Source: an uncultured Nitrospiraceae bacterium (GTDB lineage: Bacteria > Nitrospirota > Thermodesulfovibrionia > Thermodesulfovibrionales > Dissulfurispiraceae). From it: a DNA stretch of 64,000 bases. Below are positions 61,702 to 64,000 of this stretch, one piece after another (within the stretch, counting starts at the first letter, position 1; every line of letters starts with the position of its first letter). The notes under the pieces are model-generated. The model made no database searches. It saw nothing but the letters and a program-made list of their open reading frames with translations, and was not told where the DNA came from. The stretch spans positions 1,408,001 through 1,472,000 of the forward strand of contig CAVSHF010000003.1 in assembly GCA_963727805.1 (NCBI GenBank), read 5' to 3'. The position numbers and the translations under genes are program-made.

Positions 61702-63528
61702 ATGTGCGGCATCATCGGCTATATCGGCAACAGGAACGCCATTCCTGTCGTGATGGAGGGCCTCAAACGCCTCGAATACAGGGGATATGACTCTGCGGGC
61801 ATCGCTTATTTTGAAGGCGACGAAATCAAGGTAAAACGCTGCAAAGGCAAGATCAATCAACTCGAAGCGATCATTGATGCACAGAAAATTGATAGCACCG
61901 CTGCCATCGGTCACACCCGATGGGCCACTCACGGGAAGCCTTCGGATGAGAACGCTCATCCTCACCGGTCCGACGGGATAGTGCTTGTCCATAATGGGAT
62001 TATTGAGAATTATGTCGAACTAAGGCACAAACTCGAATCTGAAGGGTATATTTTTAAATCGGAAACCGATACCGAAGTGCTTTGCCATCTTATCAATAAA
62101 CATGCCGCCGGAGTTCCCCTGGAGGAGGCGGTAAGATCTGCATTGAAAGAAGTCCGGGGTTCTTATGCCTTTGGAGTCATCAATGAAAAAGAGCCTGACA
62201 AAATTGTAGCTGTCAGGAAAGAGAGTCCTCTGGTGCTGGGCCTTGGAGATAATGAATTCTTTCTCGCATCTGATGTGCCTGCCTTTCTCAGCTATTCACG
62301 GGAGGTCATTTTCCTCGATAACAATGAGATGGCCATTATGCACCGGAGCGGGGTTATCATTACCGACTTCGAAGGAAAGCCGTTGAACAAGGCTGTCATG
62401 ACGATATCATGGAGTCCTTCCATGGCCGAAAAAGGTGGCTACCGCCATTTCATGCTCAAAGAAATCTACGAGCAACCGCGCTCAATAGCGGACACTATAA
62501 GGGGAAGAGTGTTCCCGGAAAAAGGAGAAGTCGCAATTGAAGAATTCGGGCTGAGTCCTGAGGTCATCGGGCAGATAGATAAGATATTCATAGTTGCCTG
62601 CGGTACCTCTTACCATTCCGCCATCATTGGTAAGTACATGATCGAGGAGCTCGCAAGGGTCCCGGTAGAGGTCGATATCGCCTCTGAATTCAGGTACAGA
62701 ACTCCTATTCTCGGCAGCAGGACGCTTTTTATTATCATCACGCAGTCAGGCGAGACCGCCGATACGCTCGCTGCCATGCGCGAGGCGAAAAGGCTTGGGG
62801 CCTCGACCCTGAGCATCTGCAATGTTATCGGTAGTACGGCATCGCGCGAGGCGGATTATGTGTTTTTCACTCATTCAGGACCAGAGATCGGCGTGGCGTC
62901 GACAAAAGCCTTCACCGCTCAGATCGTCGCCCTTTACCTTCTTGCCATTGCCCTGGGGAAAAATAGGGGAACCATCGATGAGCCGGCTGCATCCGGTCTC
63001 ATTGACGACCTCCTTCGTCTGCCGGGCTACATTGAAGGTGTACTCGAACTCGACAACGAGATACTTGCAATCTCGAAGGATTTGTTCAAGGTTACAGACT
63101 TTCTCTACCTCGGGAGGGGCATACAATATCCGATAGCCCTCGAGGGTGCTCTGAAATTGAAGGAGGTCTCATACATTCATGCAGAGGGATATCCTGCAGG
63201 CGAAATGAAACATGGTCCTATAGCTCTCATCGACGAAGAACTCCCCGTCGTTATCCTTGCGCCCTCCGGGCACCTTTTTGAGAAGGTACTCTCCAATATG
63301 GAAGAGGTCAACAGCAGAGGCGGCATCCTCATTACCATGGCCACGAAAGGTAATGAGGCTATTAGGAGACTCTCCCGCTACTCAATTCTCATCACGGGAA
63401 GCAACAGCTATCTCAATACCGTTCTTTTCACGATTCCCCTTCAACTCCTCGCCTATCATATCGCAGTGCTGAGGGGTTGCGACGTCGATCAACCGAGAAA
63501 TCTCGCCAAGAGCGTTACTGTAGAGTAA
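61702..63528 (+). CDS. glmS: Glutamine--fructose-6-phosphate aminotransferase
   Basis: MCGIIG, LEYRGYDSAG, HTRWATHG, QSGETADT, PRNLAKSVTVE. Confidence 0.98.
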   Translation: MCGIIGYIGNRNAIPVVMEGLKRLEYRGYDSAGIAYFEGDEIKVKRCKGKINQLEAIIDAQKIDSTAAIGHTRWATHGKPSDENAHPHRSDGIVLVHNGIIENYVELRHKLESEGYIFKSETDTEVLCHLINKHAAGVPLEEAVRSALKEVRGSYAFGVINEKEPDKIVAVRKESPLVLGLGDNEFFLASDVPAFLSYSREVIFLDNNEMAIMHRSGVIITDFEGKPLNKAVMTISWSPSMAEKGGYRHFMLKEIYEQPRSIADTIRGRVFPEKGEVAIEEFGLSPEVIGQIDKIFIVACGTSYHSAIIGKYMIEELARVPVEVDIASEFRYRTPILGSRTLFIIITQSGETADTLAAMREAKRLGASTLSICNVIGSTASREADYVFFTHSGPEIGVASTKAFTAQIVALYLLAIALGKNRGTIDEPAASGLIDDLLRLPGYIEGVLELDNEILAISKDLFKVTDFLYLGRGIQYPIALEGALKLKEVSYIHAEGYPAGEMKHGPIALIDEELPVVILAPSGHLFEKVLSNMEEVNSRGGILITMATKGNEAIRRLSRYSILITGSNSYLNTVLFTIPLQLLAYHIAVLRGCDVDQPRNLAKSVTVE

Positions 63529-63610
63529 CCCCAGCGTTTTTTTTCGCCTTTTTTGACAGTCGGCCCTGTCTTTTTATGGGGTTGTATATGGTATAATTAA
63601 GGAGACGAAA

Positions 63611-64000
63611 ATGGCTAAAGATGTCTTATTAGAGGATCTGACTCCCCAACAAAAAGAAGCCGTTCTTCATTCCAATGGTCCCTTGCTCGTTCTGGCTGGC
63701 GCGGGAAGCGGCAAGACGCGTATTGTGACCTGCAGATTCTCCTACCTCGTTAAGAAAAAGAAACTCTCACCAACATCCATTTTTGCCGTAACTTTGACCA
63801 ACAAGGCCGCTGATGAGATGAAGGACCACATTATGACTTGCCTGGCCTGTGATCACAAACACAACTGGATCGGGACCTTTCACTCTCAGTGCAACAAGAT
63901 CCTGAGGAAAGAGATAAAGGCTATAGGCTTCAAACCGGATTTTGCTATCTATGATGAAGACGATCAGAGTTCGCTGATCCGGCATATCCTCAAAGAGTTC
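63611..64000 (+). CDS. UvrD/PcrA-family helicase (runs off window)
   Basis: Manual translation MAKDVLLEDLTPQQKEAV...LVLAGAGSGKTR...TNKAA...GTFHS; SD GGAG. Confidence 0.92.
   Translation, partial: MAKDVLLEDLTPQQKEAVLHSNGPLLVLAGAGSGKTRIVTCRFSYLVKKKKLSPTSIFAVTLTNKAADEMKDHIMTCLACDHKHNWIGTFHSQCNKILRKEIKAIGFKPDFAIYDEDDQSSLIRHILKEF

Overview
A 64 kb core-chromosome window from an anaerobic diderm bacterium. Gene content and style suggest Nitrospirota/Thermodesulfovibrionia-like, but that is inference and was not verified. It carries the tRNA-tuf-rpmG-secE-nusG-rplKAJL-rpoB cluster, hisG, a complete CODH/acetyl-CoA synthase (Wood-Ljungdahl) cluster, a polA broken into two frames, many housekeeping genes (nadK, tsaE, murB, panB, recJ, secDF-yajC, mqnA, lpxC, glmUS, pcrA/uvrD), and small accessory patches. 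The most striking observation is an otherwise intact, archease-linked rtcB RNA ligase gene with an in-frame TGA exactly at the catalytic metal-binding Cys (GYDIN*GVR), followed by a stem-loop: a candidate selenocysteine RtcB. Also notable: an orphan DUF1874/AcrIII-1-like cA4 ring nuclease beside an ATP-cone/Mrr-type nuclease and a sigma54-driven micro-ORF; a variant c-di-GMP-I riboswitch before a secreted FN3/repeat protein; an rpmG stop codon overlapping tRNA-Trp; a 27-aa histone-like peptide; degenerate histidine kinases; and many apparently leaderless genes. No CRISPR array, rRNA, intact transposase or prophage was seen.
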